Assembly: GCA_958296135.2 (NCBI GenBank)
Contig: CATQHZ020000001.1
Span: 4,704,001 to 4,768,000 of the forward strand
Direction of reading: 5' to 3'
DNA: 64,000 bases
Origin: an uncultured Poribacteria bacterium
GTDB lineage: Bacteria > Poribacteria > WGA-4E > WGA-3G
In this document: piece by piece, positions 30,206 to 41,100 of the stretch
Position numbering within the stretch: position 1 is the stretch's first letter
Layout of the letters: every line of letters starts with the position of its first letter
The notes under the pieces: model-generated
The model's input: only the letters and a program-made list of their open reading frames with translations
Told to the model about the DNA's origin: nothing
Databases searched by the model: none
Program-made: the position numbers and the translations under genes

Positions 30206-30687
30206 CCTTTTGGGGAGTCATCAGCGAAATTCGAGAAGGTAGGACTACCGGACTAGCATCCGTGGTCATCGCGAGAAACATCTGGACGCATCTTGCTGGT
30301 TACTATCTCTCTTTAACTGTATTGACTATTCTTATCTGTAAGGGATTGGAGCGTGTCATGTATTACTTAGACGCGAAGCGGCAGGCCGCGCGGGATAGGC
30401 GGCGTGCCGAGCAGGCCGAACGGCGCGCCGAAGAATATAGACTGCGCATTGAGCAGGAACAGCAGCGCGCCGAACAAGACAGACAGCGCGCCGAACAAGA
30501 ACGGCAACGTGCTGAACAAGCCGAACAGCGCATCAAGCAGACAGAACAACGTGCCGAGCTGGAACGGCAGCGCGTTGAAGAGGCAGAACAACGCGCCGAA
30601 CAAGAGCAACAACGCGCCGAACAAGCCGAGGCTGAAAAAGAACGGCTTTTGCAAGAATTGCAGAAATATCAACAAGACGAGAATTAA
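30187..30687 (+). pseudogene. 3' fragment of the interrupted membrane protein (TM segments plus RAEQ coiled-coil repeats)
   Basis: The frame is open from the element end (GVYLIYTFWGVISEIREG...) into ORF 30262..30687. Confidence 0.62.
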
Positions 30688-30761
30688 AATTTGCGAGGGA
30701 CGATGCCTTGCACAACCGCCTCTGTGTCATTCACCAGAGGCAGGAGGTTATCAGCATTAAT

Positions 30762-31037
30762 ATGACAGGAGATGCATTGGGTTTAGTTGAAACCAGAGGC
30801 TTAATCGGCAGCATCGAAGCCGCCGATGCCATGGTAAAAGCGGCAAACGTTCAACTCATCGGCTATGAGCAAGTAGGCGGCGGATACGTGACTGTCATGG
30901 TGCGCGGCGATGTCGGCGCGGTGAAAGCCGCAACAGATGTCGGTGCCGAAGCAGCCGCGCGCGTCGGCGAAGTCGTTTCAGTCCATGTGATTCCGCGCCC
31001 CCACGCGGAAGTCGAAACTATCTTACGGAAAGGGTAA
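30762..31037 (+). CDS. bacterial microcompartment hexamer shell protein (EutM/PduA-like)
   Basis: [41 protein letters not shown]. Confidence 0.95.
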   Translation: MTGDALGLVETRGLIGSIEAADAMVKAANVQLIGYEQVGGGYVTVMVRGDVGAVKAATDVGAEAAARVGEVVSVHVIPRPHAEVETILRKG

Positions 31038-31081
31038 GCCGCAAGCACCGACCCGGGCCGACACGAAAACGGAGATAAGGT

Positions 31082-31786
31082 ATGCCAGAACGCGCCCTTG
31101 TGGAACTCATCACTCGCCGAGTGATGAATAGACTGAAAACTGAACAGGCGTGCAGCGGATGCGCGCTGCGAACCTGCGATGCAGGAAATCGAGCCTGCGA
31201 TGCCGCCAGCCAGCAACAGAAGATTCCTGTCGGAATATCCGCACGGCACGCCCACGTGACGCAGGAACACCTCGAAATCCTTTACGGTGCAGGCCACCAA
31301 CTCACCGTCTATGCCCCGCTCTATCAGCCGGGAGCATTCGCGGCGGAAGAGACGCTCACCATCGTCGGGAAGCGGATGCGTGCCATCGAAGCCGTCCGTA
31401 TCCTCGGCCCCGTGCGCGACTACTCCCAAGTGGAGGTGGCGCAAACGGAAGCGATTCGACTCGGATTAAATCCACCCATCCGGGACTCCGGCACTCTTGC
31501 CGGGGCGGAAGCGATAACCCTCGTCGGGCCCGCTGGCAGTGTCTATCTGGCAGAAGGCGCCATCTGTGCTACGCGGCACATCCACATGACACCGACGCAG
31601 GCTGACGCATTTGGCGTTGACGAAACCTCGCGATTAAAGGTACACTTCCCAGGCGAACGCGCCCTAACGCTTGAAAACATTCGGCCCAAAATTCACGAAT
31701 CTTATGTGCTGCAAATGCACCTTGACACCGACGATGCCAACGCCGCAGGACTCAAAGGCGGCGAGGCAGTGGAACTCGCGCGGTGA
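31082..31786 (+). CDS. pduL: phosphate propanoyltransferase / phosphotransacylase
   Basis: VGISARHAH, LYQPGAFA, VRILGP.R..SQVE, RHIHM, MHLDTDDANA. Confidence 0.93.
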   Translation: MPERALVELITRRVMNRLKTEQACSGCALRTCDAGNRACDAASQQQKIPVGISARHAHVTQEHLEILYGAGHQLTVYAPLYQPGAFAAEETLTIVGKRMRAIEAVRILGPVRDYSQVEVAQTEAIRLGLNPPIRDSGTLAGAEAITLVGPAGSVYLAEGAICATRHIHMTPTQADAFGVDETSRLKVHFPGERALTLENIRPKIHESYVLQMHLDTDDANAAGLKGGEAVELAR

Positions 31787-31789
31787 AAT

Positions 31790-32548
31790 ATGAATCAAGA
31801 ACTCATCGCTCAGGTGCAGAGAATCACTGAAAAGGTGCTGAAAGAGCGGACGCAAAACAGACAGCTGCTCGCTATCTTCGGTGCCACACAACGGACATTG
31901 GGCATCCCGCTCCAGCAACTCCAGCTGTGCATGCAGGAAGGATGGAAAATTCAAATAATTCTGTCCGAACTTGCAACTAAAACGTTAGCCCTTCAGCCGA
32001 TTCATGCAATATTTGGTGAAGAAAACATCTGGCACGAAAACGAGCTGCGCGATATCTCGGAGATTGTGGATACCTATCCGCAGTTTGTGCTCCCCGCGTT
32101 TGACTATCCGATGGCAGCAAAACTCGCGCTGCGGTTAGTGGATACACCCTGCACCTACTTAGTGTTTGAAGCACTGCGGAAAGAAAGAAAGGTGCTCGCT
32201 GCCGCCGATGCACTCGGCGAGCACGGGCAGGCGGCGATTGGAAAATCGCTGCCACCGCTCGCAATCGGGACATCGCTCCTACCGCTTGAGAAGGAATATG
32301 TAAACGCTTTATCCGAACTCGGCGTTCAATGGGTGACAGCAACCCGCATCGCCGAAGCCATCACTGAAGCAAACACAGCCACACGAACGACTGTGGAAAC
32401 GGCGGTAATCAGCGCGGCTGTCATTGCAAACCTCAAACCAGATATCCAAGAACTGTTCTACATACCGCCTGCAGTTGTCACGCCACTCGCCCGTGAGCAC
32501 GCGCAAAAAAAAGGAATTAAACTGATACCGAAACGCAAATCGGATTAA
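31790..32548 (+). CDS. BMC-associated flavoprotein-like protein
   Basis: Flavoprotein-like core (AAKLAL.L.D), C-terminal VVTPLARE.A..KGI motif and an N-terminal amphipathic helix; in an operon with pduL. Confidence 0.65.
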   Translation: MNQELIAQVQRITEKVLKERTQNRQLLAIFGATQRTLGIPLQQLQLCMQEGWKIQIILSELATKTLALQPIHAIFGEENIWHENELRDISEIVDTYPQFVLPAFDYPMAAKLALRLVDTPCTYLVFEALRKERKVLAAADALGEHGQAAIGKSLPPLAIGTSLLPLEKEYVNALSELGVQWVTATRIAEAITEANTATRTTVETAVISAAVIANLKPDIQELFYIPPAVVTPLAREHAQKKGIKLIPKRKSD

Positions 32549-32551
32549 TGC

Positions 32552-32580
32552 TTGACATTTATCTCGGAAAGTTGTATAAT
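32552..32580 (+). promoter_or_regulatory. perfect consensus sigma70 promoter
   Basis: TTGACA-17bp-TATAAT. Confidence 0.8.
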
Positions 32581-32633
32581 TGTTACCACAATACGCTTTT
32601 GCAAGCAGAAAGCTTAACGGAGGAGGAATTCTC

Positions 32634-34184
32634 ATGAAGACCAGGGTTTTCACTTTGATGATAGCCGGACTGCTCGGGCTGTTACTCACAGCAGGGCTGT
32701 CAACCCCTGCCGAGGCCGATTACGACTATTACGCCGACCGGCTCAGTCGCGAGCATCGCGTCGCCAACGAGGTTGACGAATGGATAGAGCGCGGCAGCGC
32801 GACGATTAACGCCAGCCCACGCTTTGAAGATGGCATCCGGCTCACCGCCTGGGAAAATACCGCCCAAACCGCGGATGACTACGAATTCGCAATCGCCAGC
32901 GCAGTCTACCTCTTTGAAATTCCGAGAGGCACACAGTCCATCGAAGTCTTGGTGCGATACCGGGGCGAACCGCATCAACTCGAAATTGAAGACTACGAGG
33001 AACCGATTGCCGGGCGCATCTGGATTCGCAATACCAAACGCGAACTGACAAGCAACGGCTACCACGACAAAAACGCTGAGGAAACACGCTACGGAGATAC
33101 CTTCGTACTACGCGCGAACAACCGCTCCGAACGCATCAAAATCCCAGCAGCAGGACACGTGAAAGACGGATGGATGGAACTCCATGTCGTCGCGGAAGGT
33201 GGCGAGCAGATTGATGTCGAATACATTGAGGTATCTACCTACCGGCGGCAGCCGAAGGTTCGCGTCATTCAACGCTACACGCCAACTTACCGGTGGCGCC
33301 CGTGGCATCGGTATACCTACCTCTATTTTTACGACGGACCCGTCTATTACGCGACGGACTCCGACTACTACTACCGATGGAGCTACCCCATCTATGACCG
33401 GCACTATCTTTCAATCCGGTCGCATTACGGGGGCTATCTCGGCCGCTATCGCACCTATTACCCGAGCTCCTACTACCGCTGCTATTCGCCCTATTATGCG
33501 AATTACGGCAGATACCGTGGGACTCCCAAGGTGTATCAACGACAGACGCAGTTGAATCGGTGGAGTAAGCAGCATGAGACAACGCGGCGGCAGTACACCC
33601 GCAGCCGCTTGTCGACTAACAAACGAACGGCGGAACGGGGCACGGCGCGACAAAATATTCGGACCGCGCTTGAAAACCACCGTCGACTGGCACCGGCTAC
33701 AACGAAGCGCGTCGCGCGTGAGTCCCTTATGTTGGAGAAACGGCGCGCAGTTGCATCCACGCAGGCACTGCAACGCAGCAAGGTAAGACACCGGAACTAC
33801 AGCGGCAATAGGACCCTCAGCAAGCAGCGGCGGAGTTACGGACAGCCTGGCGGGTCAACTACCTCAACGTTTGATGCAAACCGCTATCGACGTTCAACTT
33901 CTTCGCCAAACCGGTCGCTTTCGTCTAGCTCTAATTCTCGGAGTGATTTGCGCACGAAGCAGCGGCGTTCCACGAGGTATAGCGCGCCGCGCACGAAATC
34001 CAGCGTGAGCCGCTCCACTTCTAGTACGTCAAGCACCAAATCGCGCGTGAGTCGTTCGGCATCTTCAACGTCACGGTCCCGGCCGACGACATCAAGTTCG
34101 TCACGTACCAAATCGAGTAGTAGCAGCAGTGACGATGATGAACAGCGGAGCCGGACAACGCAGCGGACAAAACGGAGACGTTAA
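32634..34184 (+). CDS. secreted hypothetical protein with Tyr-rich middle and Arg/Ser-rich tail
   Basis: GGAGGAGG RBS, signal peptide ending PAEA, acidic N-terminal domain, low-complexity C-terminus. Confidence 0.8.
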   Translation: MKTRVFTLMIAGLLGLLLTAGLSTPAEADYDYYADRLSREHRVANEVDEWIERGSATINASPRFEDGIRLTAWENTAQTADDYEFAIASAVYLFEIPRGTQSIEVLVRYRGEPHQLEIEDYEEPIAGRIWIRNTKRELTSNGYHDKNAEETRYGDTFVLRANNRSERIKIPAAGHVKDGWMELHVVAEGGEQIDVEYIEVSTYRRQPKVRVIQRYTPTYRWRPWHRYTYLYFYDGPVYYATDSDYYYRWSYPIYDRHYLSIRSHYGGYLGRYRTYYPSSYYRCYSPYYANYGRYRGTPKVYQRQTQLNRWSKQHETTRRQYTRSRLSTNKRTAERGTARQNIRTALENHRRLAPATTKRVARESLMLEKRRAVASTQALQRSKVRHRNYSGNRTLSKQRRSYGQPGGSTTSTFDANRYRRSTSSPNRSLSSSSNSRSDLRTKQRRSTRYSAPRTKSSVSRSTSSTSSTKSRVSRSASSTSRSRPTTSSSSRTKSSSSSSDDDEQRSRTTQRTKRRR

Positions 34185-34254
34185 TTTTGGATTGGCACGA
34201 GGCGTTCGGTAAAATCGAACGCCTCGCGCCCATACAGAAAATCAGATATCAATC

Positions 34255-34842
34255 ATGCGGTTTTTGCTAATTATTTTGCTCATCCTGATAAGTCTCCCAA
34301 GCGGCTTCGCCGAAGAAACTGAGAACACGGCAGCCAGTCCCGCGCAAGAAAACGCGCCTACCGAGGAAAAGAAAAAGGCGGCGGCACCAGAAAAACTTAT
34401 TTCGCCTATCGGCGCGATGGTGCGTTCCGCCATTTTTCCGGGGTGGGGACAAATCTATAGCCGGAGTTACATCCGCAGCGGGCTGATTGTGCTAAGCATC
34501 GGCGGTTCAGCTGTCGGTGCCCTATTAGCCGAACGCTCCTTCCGGAGCCGGTATAACGCTTACGCGGCACTCGCGAACCTTGAACCCGACAACGAAGAAG
34601 GGGTTTTAGCTAGTTACGAGCATGCGAATCAGCGATACAAACTCAGGATGTTTTTTCTCTACACCGGTGTCGGGATTTGGCTTTACAGCGTCATCGATTC
34701 TTATGTGAGCGCGAATTTTTACAACGCGACAACGCAAATCCGTTCCATCCAGCAAGACGCAGACCAGATCGAAAACAAATTGGGAATTCAAGTCGGTGCC
34801 ACTCCATCACACCTCTATCTCGGCATCGTCAAAACTTTTTAA
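34255..34842 (+). CDS. DUF5683-like membrane protein
   Basis: SAIFPGWGQIY motif, WLYSVIDSY, signal peptide, terminal Phe. Confidence 0.72.
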   Translation: MRFLLIILLILISLPSGFAEETENTAASPAQENAPTEEKKKAAAPEKLISPIGAMVRSAIFPGWGQIYSRSYIRSGLIVLSIGGSAVGALLAERSFRSRYNAYAALANLEPDNEEGVLASYEHANQRYKLRMFFLYTGVGIWLYSVIDSYVSANFYNATTQIRSIQQDADQIENKLGIQVGATPSHLYLGIVKTF

Positions 34843-34946
34843 TATCGCTCAGCATTGTACGGTTTCTGACGCAATGAGGGCTGCTTCTAGCAAACTTTCG
34901 TCAGAGACTTTCAATGCAGCGTAGGACAAAGAGAGGACATTTTATT

Positions 34947-35537
34947 ATGTTCAGGACTTTCACAACCTTGCAAAATACGTTTGCAAGCGGCATCCTGATG
35001 AGCGGCGTATTCTTCTTGCTCATCAGTCTTATTGGATGCGGGGATGTTGAAAAGGTGAATCAGGTCCCGCCTGAAGAACTCCTCGCCATTAACGCAGTCT
35101 TAAAACAGTGGCGCGAAGGATACGAATTGGAAGATGTTGATACCTACATCAAGGCTTTTTGGGCCGAAGGCTTCCTTTACGTCTCCGACATGGGCACCGA
35201 TGGCGACAAAACCGATGACCTGGAATTTGACGACATTCGCGATGAACGCGAGTCCGCCGCGCACGTCTTTTCACAATTTCAGGATATTGAGATAGAGCTC
35301 TCTGTCCCACCGGAGATAGAGCTCAATAAGGAAAGCAACCGTGCGGAAGTGCGGAATCACTACCGCATCCAAGGGTTCGTCGCCGATGGCGAATCGCTTG
35401 AGGGTGGGTACACCGGTTGGTTCGCCGAGGGAGATAATCTCTTTATCTTTGAGAAGCGCAACAACGAATGGCGCATCGCTGAGTGGCATGACGAAGCCTT
35501 CAACGACGAAGAAATTCGCATCGCCAACAATCTATAG
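34947..35537 (+). CDS. putative lipoprotein with NTF2/SnoaL-like fold
   Basis: LIGC lipobox; W..GYE.ED...Y...F and FEKRNNEWRIAEW are typical of NTF2-like domains. Start uncertain (34914 or 34947). Confidence 0.68.
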   Translation: MFRTFTTLQNTFASGILMSGVFFLLISLIGCGDVEKVNQVPPEELLAINAVLKQWREGYELEDVDTYIKAFWAEGFLYVSDMGTDGDKTDDLEFDDIRDERESAAHVFSQFQDIEIELSVPPEIELNKESNRAEVRNHYRIQGFVADGESLEGGYTGWFAEGDNLFIFEKRNNEWRIAEWHDEAFNDEEIRIANNL

Positions 35538-35720
35538 TGCCCAAGATTCTATCCATCTCGGTAGGCGCGCTTTGATGAAGTTTTCAGCGGATTTCTATAG
35601 CCGGCGGGCACTAACCTCCGAGGGTTTCCCTCCCCCCCGGTCAAAATGAACTGATTCATTTCTTAATCCTCATGAAAGCGCGCCCACATTCACAGCGCGG
35701 TTTGAAACCGCGCCTACCGG

Positions 35721-35764
35721 GTGCTGTGTCTGTGCTGTGTCTGTGCTGTGTCTGTGCTGTGTCT
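35721..35764. repeat. 11-bp tandem repeat (gtgctgtgtct x4)
   Basis: Four exact copies directly after a REP. Confidence 0.95.
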
Positions 35765-35817
35765 GTCAGGCCGATAATTTTCTAAAGTCAAGGCATTTTT
35801 TGCCACTCATCACACTC

Positions 35818-37233
35818 ATGCCGCAAAGCGAAGAGCATCTCCGCAACTACCTTCACCTCATACGTAAGCACGACTTCACCCTCTGCTTGAGCGTTCTGCT
35901 CGTGTTAGGCACCGCCCTGGTCATCTCCCTCCGTATGCCGAAGACTTACGCCGCTTCCACCTTAATGCAACTCGTTCAACCGAGTGCCACGCCATCTCTC
36001 TCATCGACGAACCTGTTCCAAAGTGTCTTGTCCGGCGGCGGGGATAGGCGCGCGATGGAAACGCTTAGTAGCCGCTTCACCACAGAATCCATGCTGAACA
36101 CGGCGATGGAAAATCTGGAGGACACGCGGCACATACAAGCGGTAGCCTTTCTGCCATCCATCGGTAAACTCAAACGGGTGCTGACAGCGCAAGTGCAGCC
36201 CGATTCCGACTACATCGTGCTGTCCTTGGAATTGACAGAAGCGGAAGGCGGCGAACGGAACGCCGCCCTACTCATCAACCAACTCGTGGCAGATATGCAG
36301 GTACTGCGAAGTGTCGATGAAAAGACGAAACTCGCCGAACGCCGCCGATTCCTCAAGGAAAAGCAGACGGACATTGATGTCGAAACGAATCAATCCCTCA
36401 ACGCCATCCTTCAATTCGTCCGCGAAAATGGGAGCCCCGAAATATGGGCCCCGATGCTCACCAATCTGCTGGAACGGCGCGCCAGTTTGATAACACAACT
36501 GGCAGCGACGCGGCAGAACCTCGATGCAACGCGTTCCCATATCGCGTATTTAGAGAAACAACTTCGTCTGCTGCCCGAACAGACGCAGCTTTCTGAAACT
36601 ACCACGCACAACCCTGTCTGGCTATTTCAGCAGGAGAAACTCTTCACGCTCAAATCGCAGCGCGTAGCGGATGCGGAAAAAGTCGGAAAGGATGTATCAG
36701 AGTTGAAGGGACTGGACGCGCAGATTACTGAAGCTGAAAGGGAAGCCGAACGCACCGCGCCAACGACAACCACGGTCACCGCCGGCACCTCTCCGTCCTA
36801 TACCTACATCCAAAATCAGTTATTGGCACTCACACCAGCACTTGCGCGATATGAAAACGCGCAGAAACAATTGCACGAGCAACTCCAACACCTAGGCACC
36901 GAATTGGAACAACTCATCGCGCAGATGCCAGAGAACCAGTATCTTCTGACGCAGCTGCTGGCGCGGGTTCAGAAAACCAACGCGCTGACAGAAGAAATTG
37001 CGAAACGCGCATTGGAAGCGGAAATTTTAAGTGCCGAGTCCACCGTGACTACTTCCCGAAATCGGTTAGGCGGAATTGAAATCATCGACCGGGCTGTCCC
37101 TCGGAAAATACCGGTCAGCCCGCAACTCAAGCTTATCGTCATCATCGCTGGCGTTGTCGGTTTGACTGTGGGAGTTAGCATCGCGTTGTACACCGAGTAT
37201 TTTAGCCGCGCTTCTGAGCAGCACACCCCGTAG
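35818..37233 (+). CDS. Wzz/GumC-type polysaccharide co-polymerase (no kinase domain)
   Basis: LRNYLHLIRKH, TM1, PKTYAAST, long coiled coil, IIDRAVP..PVSP, TM2. Confidence 0.82.
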   Translation: MPQSEEHLRNYLHLIRKHDFTLCLSVLLVLGTALVISLRMPKTYAASTLMQLVQPSATPSLSSTNLFQSVLSGGGDRRAMETLSSRFTTESMLNTAMENLEDTRHIQAVAFLPSIGKLKRVLTAQVQPDSDYIVLSLELTEAEGGERNAALLINQLVADMQVLRSVDEKTKLAERRRFLKEKQTDIDVETNQSLNAILQFVRENGSPEIWAPMLTNLLERRASLITQLAATRQNLDATRSHIAYLEKQLRLLPEQTQLSETTTHNPVWLFQQEKLFTLKSQRVADAEKVGKDVSELKGLDAQITEAEREAERTAPTTTTVTAGTSPSYTYIQNQLLALTPALARYENAQKQLHEQLQHLGTELEQLIAQMPENQYLLTQLLARVQKTNALTEEIAKRALEAEILSAESTVTTSRNRLGGIEIIDRAVPRKIPVSPQLKLIVIIAGVVGLTVGVSIALYTEYFSRASEQHTP

Positions 37234-37519
37234 GCGCGCTTGCCACGCGCGCACGCAGGCCGAGGCGCAGTTAAAAACCGCAACTACCGGTATGCGGTGA
37301 AAGCGCAGACGCGCGTCGCGGAACTGCTAGAGGATTTCTCGATTCACCCTTACAGTCCGGTGAGGAAAAAACAAGCACGAAACCGTTTTAAAATTTTGCA
37401 ATAAAAATGTGGACATTTTTTTGCAAATTGCGTATAATCTCTCTGATAATGATTGGTACGCGAAAATGCCACAAACTCGAGCCAATCGTTGTTGAAAACC
37501 CATGCATGCGCCAGGACCC

Positions 37520-37648
37520 TTTAGTTGTCCCGTTTCTGTCGTTTGCGAACGCCGCATCGCAAACAGGACAGGCTCAGGCGAACCGGTTCCCCTACAAGGA
37601 GGGGCCGTTGTTGATTTTTACGAATGCCATCAAAAACGGAAAACTAAA
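37520..37648. mobile_element. MITE-like element with imperfect terminal inverted repeats
   Basis: Left end tttagttgtcccgtttctg, right end caaaaacggaaaactaaa; the right part recurs at about 50560-50607. Confidence 0.4.
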
Positions 37649-38109
37649 TCGTTCTAGTTCACGCGCGGAATACGCTTGAAAATATATTGCATTTATGGTA
37701 TCATGTGACAAAATCATATCACATGAAGATGCTGATCCTTTTTTTCTGAAAAAAAACGTTGACAGAAAAATGGGATTCGTGCTATTTTAACGTTAAATAC
37801 AGTTTTGTGGAAATCTTATCAATTTTTTGATGCGAATTTCTCTCAAAACGAACCCTTAACGCATTGGCGGGAGACTGATGCCCTGCGTCCGCGCGGCATT
37901 CAAGCGTTTGCGATACCTGCAGTGCCAGCGAAACGCAGCGGCACCTTATGCTTACAAACGAAAAACAGACGGTTTTCGTTTACACGCTCAGTCAGTTTCT
38001 CCAACGTTTAAGGTTTTTTGTCGGAGTCGGAGCCGAGGCGACCGCGGCGCATCGAACTGTTGGCCGCCTAGATCCGACTCAACTATTCCCAAGGAGGAAA
38101 AACAAACTA

Positions 38110-41100
38110 ATGAACGAGTTAAGACAATCATTTGATGTTTTGCTTGTAGTGACTTGCATCCTGAGTGCGTTCGCGCTTTATGGTTGTGGCGCGCAAAGCC
38201 TCGGACCGCAAGAACCCCTGTTACCCACGATTGAGGGTGGCTCCAAATTCTCCGCCCGATTCCAATTGGAAGAAGAACCACAATTCTTCTATGACCTGTT
38301 TGGTAAGGAGCTGCTCGAGGGTAACGAAGTCTATAACTATCGCGAGCAAAAAGGGTTCAACCAGAACGGCGAATTGATTGTGGGTTGGACCGGACAGCTC
38401 GATAGTGAAAGATTCTCAGCGCAGCTTGACCGGACTGTCTTGACAGAAGACAGCTTCCGCGGACGATACACCGAGTTTGCTATCGGCGATGACATGCGCT
38501 TCAAACCCGCAACGTTGTTCCCGAACCGCTACATTCTCTATAAAACAGAGTTTGATGGGTTCCGCTGGGATATCTCCTTCGCGCAGGAACGGCACCTCTT
38601 TACGCTTATCAACTCGCGTATCTCGAACCCTGTCAAATTGACAGACGCAGCGGCGAACCTTGCACCGACGCTCGGCCGCCGAAACGGGTTAAACGAGGAT
38701 GCTGGGGTACGGCACATTGAAAACGCGCGACTCATCGGATTCCGCGCACAGGGCCTCTTAGGCGACATCTTCCGCGTCGGATTTACTTACGTCAATCTGC
38801 ACAAGGAACACCCCGAACGCGTGGAAAACCCACTCATGGGAACCGTTGCAAACACGCCGCCTGAAGTCATCTCTGTCGTCTTCCGCGATGATTCACCCGA
38901 AGACAATCACGGAGTCGTCACCCAATTCTCCGGGTATGACGAAAACAAACATGGACAGAACATCCAGGGAGGTGTCGGCGCAGCATTTAAATCCATGACA
39001 GTGACCGTGATCACGCAGGAATTGGAAGACCTCACGCCTGACGAAATCGCAGAAGGCGTTGAACCGGATATCAACCCGGAACAAACGCAGAAAATTGAGG
39101 TGTTTGTCAACGACATTACACCCATTGATGTCGGAGGGCTCCCCTCCGAAGTACGCGATTCTGTTGACGGAGAATGGAAAATCGTCGATGGGTTCAATAA
39201 AATGAAATATGACCTCATTTTTGCAGACCACGACATTGAACCGCGCACCGTCAAATCCGTTGTCTTTGATCTCGTGGTAGCCGGCGATTACAACATCGCT
39301 GTCATTGGCATCAGTGATGCCAACAAAGCCGCCGAAGGCGCAGATCCACTCGTAGAAGAATGGATTAAAACCGAAGACGGCCACATTCAAATGCCCTACC
39401 GCGATGTCATTGAGGCACCCGGCAACTATGGACAATCCTCGGATTACTCTAGCAACCGGTCAAGCCTCGTTGACAATCCTAGCGAGTGGGAAGGCGAAGG
39501 CAGACCGCGCAAAATCCGATATCGCTACGGGGCCGCACGCGCCGCACTCCTCTACGGGCTCGACCTGGAAGGAACAATCGGCAACGTCTTCGTCCGGGCA
39601 CACTACTCCATTAACGGGAAATACAAACAGTATCCCACGCTGCCCAAAGACAAAGTCGGGTTCAGCCGACTCACCCCTACTATTGTCAGTGAAGATGGGG
39701 AAGAGGAAGAGACAGGTATCTCCGTAGACCCGGCCACCGGACTGCCTCTAGACCGGAACGGCATACCTACCTACTCTGAAACCGAAGGGGAACGCTTTGA
39801 GGCAAGACTCGGCGGCGACGGAACTGATGAAGGCGGCGACGGCGAAATGGGACGCGAGACCGCATGGTTCGTCCAACTCAAATCCCGATTCGGGAAACTC
39901 TACTTAGAAGGTGTCTGGTATCACATCGATCCCGGCTACACCACAACTTATCTCAACTTCGGTTCTAATACCGACAGAGACCAGACTTACTCGCTGGAAC
40001 GAACACCAGAATCGCAGTCTGAAACAGACCCCTGGGACGAAGTCAATTACGCACTCATCGAAGATGACGATGATGACGATGACTGGCCCGACGACATCGA
40101 CTTTGATGGAGTCCTCCCGCGGGCCGATGACAGAGACCAGAACGGCGTTCTCGACTTCCAAGAAGACTTCCTCATCTTTGACGCAGATCCGCCCGTGTTC
40201 ACCGACCTCGTCGACCTGAACAACAACGGCACCATCGACTCGCTCGAAGATGACTTTGAACCGCAATACGAATACGGCGTTGACCGGGATGGCTATCACC
40301 TCATCGCAGAATATGACCTGCTGGATAACCTCTCCCTCAAAGTCGGGTGGTTGAATGAAAGCGAAGTCTCTAGCCGCCGGAAAAACGATTCCAAATACCT
40401 GCACGTCACCTATCAACGTGACATTCCTGACTTTGGAACCGTGCTCTTCCAAAACCGGTTCGTCCGAGTCCGAGACGACATTCCTGATTACACCATCACG
40501 CTACGTGTCGGTGAATTGGAACCAGTCCAAATCTCTGATGAGTTGGATTACTACAACGCACGTGTCAATACGACAACGCTGCAGTTCCTCTACACGGCGG
40601 TTCCGAACTTGACCCTCGAAGCGAAATTCCTCGTTGTCCTGCAAAAGCAGTACGAACAAGACGTGGAAAACGCAATCTTCTTGGACGTTGAGTATGACCC
40701 GCAGACAGAGAACTTTGAGGCAGACGAACGCGTTGACTTCATGGTGCCTGTCGAACAAGTGCGCGCCTCTGGCGAAAAACGGGAATTCCCGTTCTATCCA
40801 GACCACGGGATTAACGCGCTGGATCCGGAAGACCCGGGCCTCATCTACGACTCGGAAAACTGGAAGTCACGTCGCTACCCCGAACGGAACATTCGCAATC
40901 AGCAGACCATTCTGAAAGCGAGATACGAAATTCCGCTCGGAGATCTGCCCTTCATTGATAGAATCGGTGAAGATCTGACACTCACCCCGATGGTAAAATA
41001 CATCTGGGATCGGGCTTTTGATAGAGGGGCCGAAGAGATTCCCGACGCACTCAACCCGCGTTTGTTCGTGCCAACTGACGAAGAACCCGTTGAATACTTG

